From Opitutales bacterium (lineage in GTDB: Bacteria > Verrucomicrobiota > Verrucomicrobiia > Opitutales > PNEW01), in the NCBI GenBank assembly GCA_965197745.1, contig CBDANS010000006.1, forward strand, positions 1,344,001 to 1,408,000: a DNA stretch of 64,000 bases, read 5' to 3'. Made by a program: the position numbers and the translations under genes. The notes under the pieces were generated by a model. That model was not told where the DNA came from. It worked only from the letters and a program-made list of their open reading frames with translations, and made no database searches. Shown here piece after piece: positions 62,334 through 64,000 of this stretch (positions within the stretch are counted from its first letter, which is position 1; each line of letters starts with the position of its first letter).

Positions 62334-63068
62334 TTAATCAAGAAACGAAGCAGCAGCTTGATCAAGAAAAAGTTGGCAATGGGAATGTTGTTGGAGGATA
62401 GAAGCGGGCACTAACGGAGACACTGCACCTTCAATGGTATTTTTCACCGCTTCTGCTTTCCGTTGATCGGGAACGGTGCAAACAATTTTTTTGCTCATTA
62501 TGATTTGCGAGATACTCATCGATATGGCCTGTCTGGGAACAGCATCCAGGGTGGGGAACCAACCTTCACCTAACTGCTGGCGGCGGCATTGTTCATCGAG
62601 GTTAACAACAATGAAGGCATCCCGGGCTTCGAAGTCTGCTGGTGGGTCGTTAAAGGCGAGATGACCATTTTCGCCAATCCCGACAAGAGCTAGGTCAATG
62701 GTTACTGCTTCGATTAATTTTCCTAAACGGCGGCATTCCGCGACTGGATCGGGAGCTTCACCGTCAATGTAATGAAATGCTTTTATCCCCGGTAATTTAT
62801 CGACAAATCGTTCCTTGAGGTATTTTCGAAAGCTTGCCTGATGGGTCATGGGCAAATTGATATACTCATCAAGATGAAACGCTGTTACCCGCGACCAATC
62901 GATTGCTTCCTCTGTGAGTTTAGACAATAATTCGATCTGACTGGTCCCGGTAGCGAGAATTATATTCGTTTCACCTGCCCTATTAATCGCTCCCTTAATC
63001 GTTTCAATGGCACTCGAAGCGGCGGCTGCCGACATATCCTCACCATTGGAGAATACCTTACAGTCCAT
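62334..63068 (-). CDS. nagB: Glucosamine-6-phosphate deaminase-like
   Basis: [24 protein letters not shown] and PASIL motifs. Confidence 0.8.
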   Translation of the reverse strand: MDCKVFSNGEDMSAAAASSAIETIKGAINRAGETNIILATGTSQIELLSKLTEEAIDWSRVTAFHLDEYINLPMTHQASFRKYLKERFVDKLPGIKAFHYIDGEAPDPVAECRRLGKLIEAVTIDLALVGIGENGHLAFNDPPADFEARDAFIVVNLDEQCRRQQLGEGWFPTLDAVPRQAISMSISQIIMSKKIVCTVPDQRKAEAVKNTIEGAVSPLVPASILQQHSHCQLFLDQAAASFLD

Positions 63069-63092
63069 AGGAAATAAATTATCAATTATAAT

Positions 63093-63944
63093 TTATACTC
63101 TGGTGAATTTCTGCAGGCGATTGAGCAATTTAGGCACTTCACCCACAAAAATATCACCGTGCGAATCGACGCACAGACCATGGGGAAATTCCGTAAATTG
63201 ACCGGGTGCTTTACCCGCTTCACCCCAGCGGGAAAGCAGTTCTCCATCCAGGTTGAATAGGCTGATCCGATGCGGGGCTTCAGTTACATAGACGATGTCA
63301 TCACTGTCTATGAATATGAAATTGGGGCTCAGGATATCTGTCCACTCTTCAATAAATTTACCATCGAAGTCGAACAGTTGAATGCGGTTATTCTCACGGT
63401 CAGTTACGAGTACGCGATTGCGGGGATCGACCCAGAGGCCATGAGGCAAGACAAACTGGCCGGGTCCCGTTCCCTCCTCGCCCCAGGAAAGCAGCAGTTC
63501 CCCTTCTGATGAGAATCGATGCACGCGACGCTGGCCATAACCATCAGAGACGAATATATCCCTTGATGGAGCGACCATAGCGCTTGTTGGTCGATTAAAC
63601 GGCAATCCCGGTGAACCGGTCTGATTGGGTGTTCCCAGGGTTTGAAGCACCTCTCCTTCAGTGTTAAATATTCGCAAGGTATGATCGTCAGTATCACAAC
63701 AATAGATGCGGTCGTTTTCATCAATCCAAAGACTATGGGGGTTGGAGAGTACATCCTCTCCCCATTTTGTCAGATAATTTCCATCGCGGTCATAAACGAG
63801 AATACTCGGAGCTTTGCGCCGTGCCAAGTAAACGCGATCCTGCGAATCGGTGCTTATATCGGTAATGATACCACCGAATTCTTTTCCCCCGGGACCCTGG
63901 CCCCAACCTTCGACAACCCTATATTTATAAGTATCAGCGATCAT
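63093..63944 (-). CDS. NHL-repeat beta-propeller (PAL-like)
   Basis: FNRPT..SDGYG, PGQFVLPHG and DRENNRIQ repeats. Confidence 0.9.
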   Translation of the reverse strand: MIADTYKYRVVEGWGQGPGGKEFGGIITDISTDSQDRVYLARRKAPSILVYDRDGNYLTKWGEDVLSNPHSLWIDENDRIYCCDTDDHTLRIFNTEGEVLQTLGTPNQTGSPGLPFNRPTSAMVAPSRDIFVSDGYGQRRVHRFSSEGELLLSWGEEGTGPGQFVLPHGLWVDPRNRVLVTDRENNRIQLFDFDGKFIEEWTDILSPNFIFIDSDDIVYVTEAPHRISLFNLDGELLSRWGEAGKAPGQFTEFPHGLCVDSHGDIFVGEVPKLLNRLQKFTRV

Positions 63945-64000
63945 ATTGTATTATACCTTAAAAGTGTTAATTGTTTCTCTCCTGTATATTATTAGCATTA

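Overview
A 64-kb bacterial chromosomal segment, possibly Verrucomicrobiota/PVC (a guess from gene content only). It holds mostly metabolic genes: metX-metW, a Cfa-like methyltransferase plus FAD reductase pair, a MATE pump, adenine deaminase, sugar-acid, amino-sugar and sulfonate catabolic enzymes, sulfatases, two ASPIC/UnbV (CRTAC1-like) proteins, an ABC importer without ATPase genes, PhyH dioxygenases and one tRNA-Phe(GAA). A mosaic mobile island at about 45.8-53.5 kb contains an IS1595 with a passenger gene, a truncated sulfatase, a decayed IS3, and a small element encoding a controller-like XRE protein with a C-box, a DUF3102-like protein and a large serine recombinase; this element truncates a C45 peptidase gene. 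The most striking signal is intergenic. Many spacers are nested palindromic assemblies of several repeat families (heptamer arrays, ACCGCAGAG arms, TGTCATTGCG arms, REP-like hairpins, 14-40 nt micro-modules). Filled versus empty copies point to insertion of modules into each other and into an IS3 gene. A ~150-nt four-way-junction element occurs twice with compensatory base changes. A GxxExxY nuclease gene and a four-helix-bundle gene each sit inside the repeat family they may mobilise. Several genes carry single nonsense or frameshift lesions. All calls come from reading the sequence and motifs; no database searches were run.
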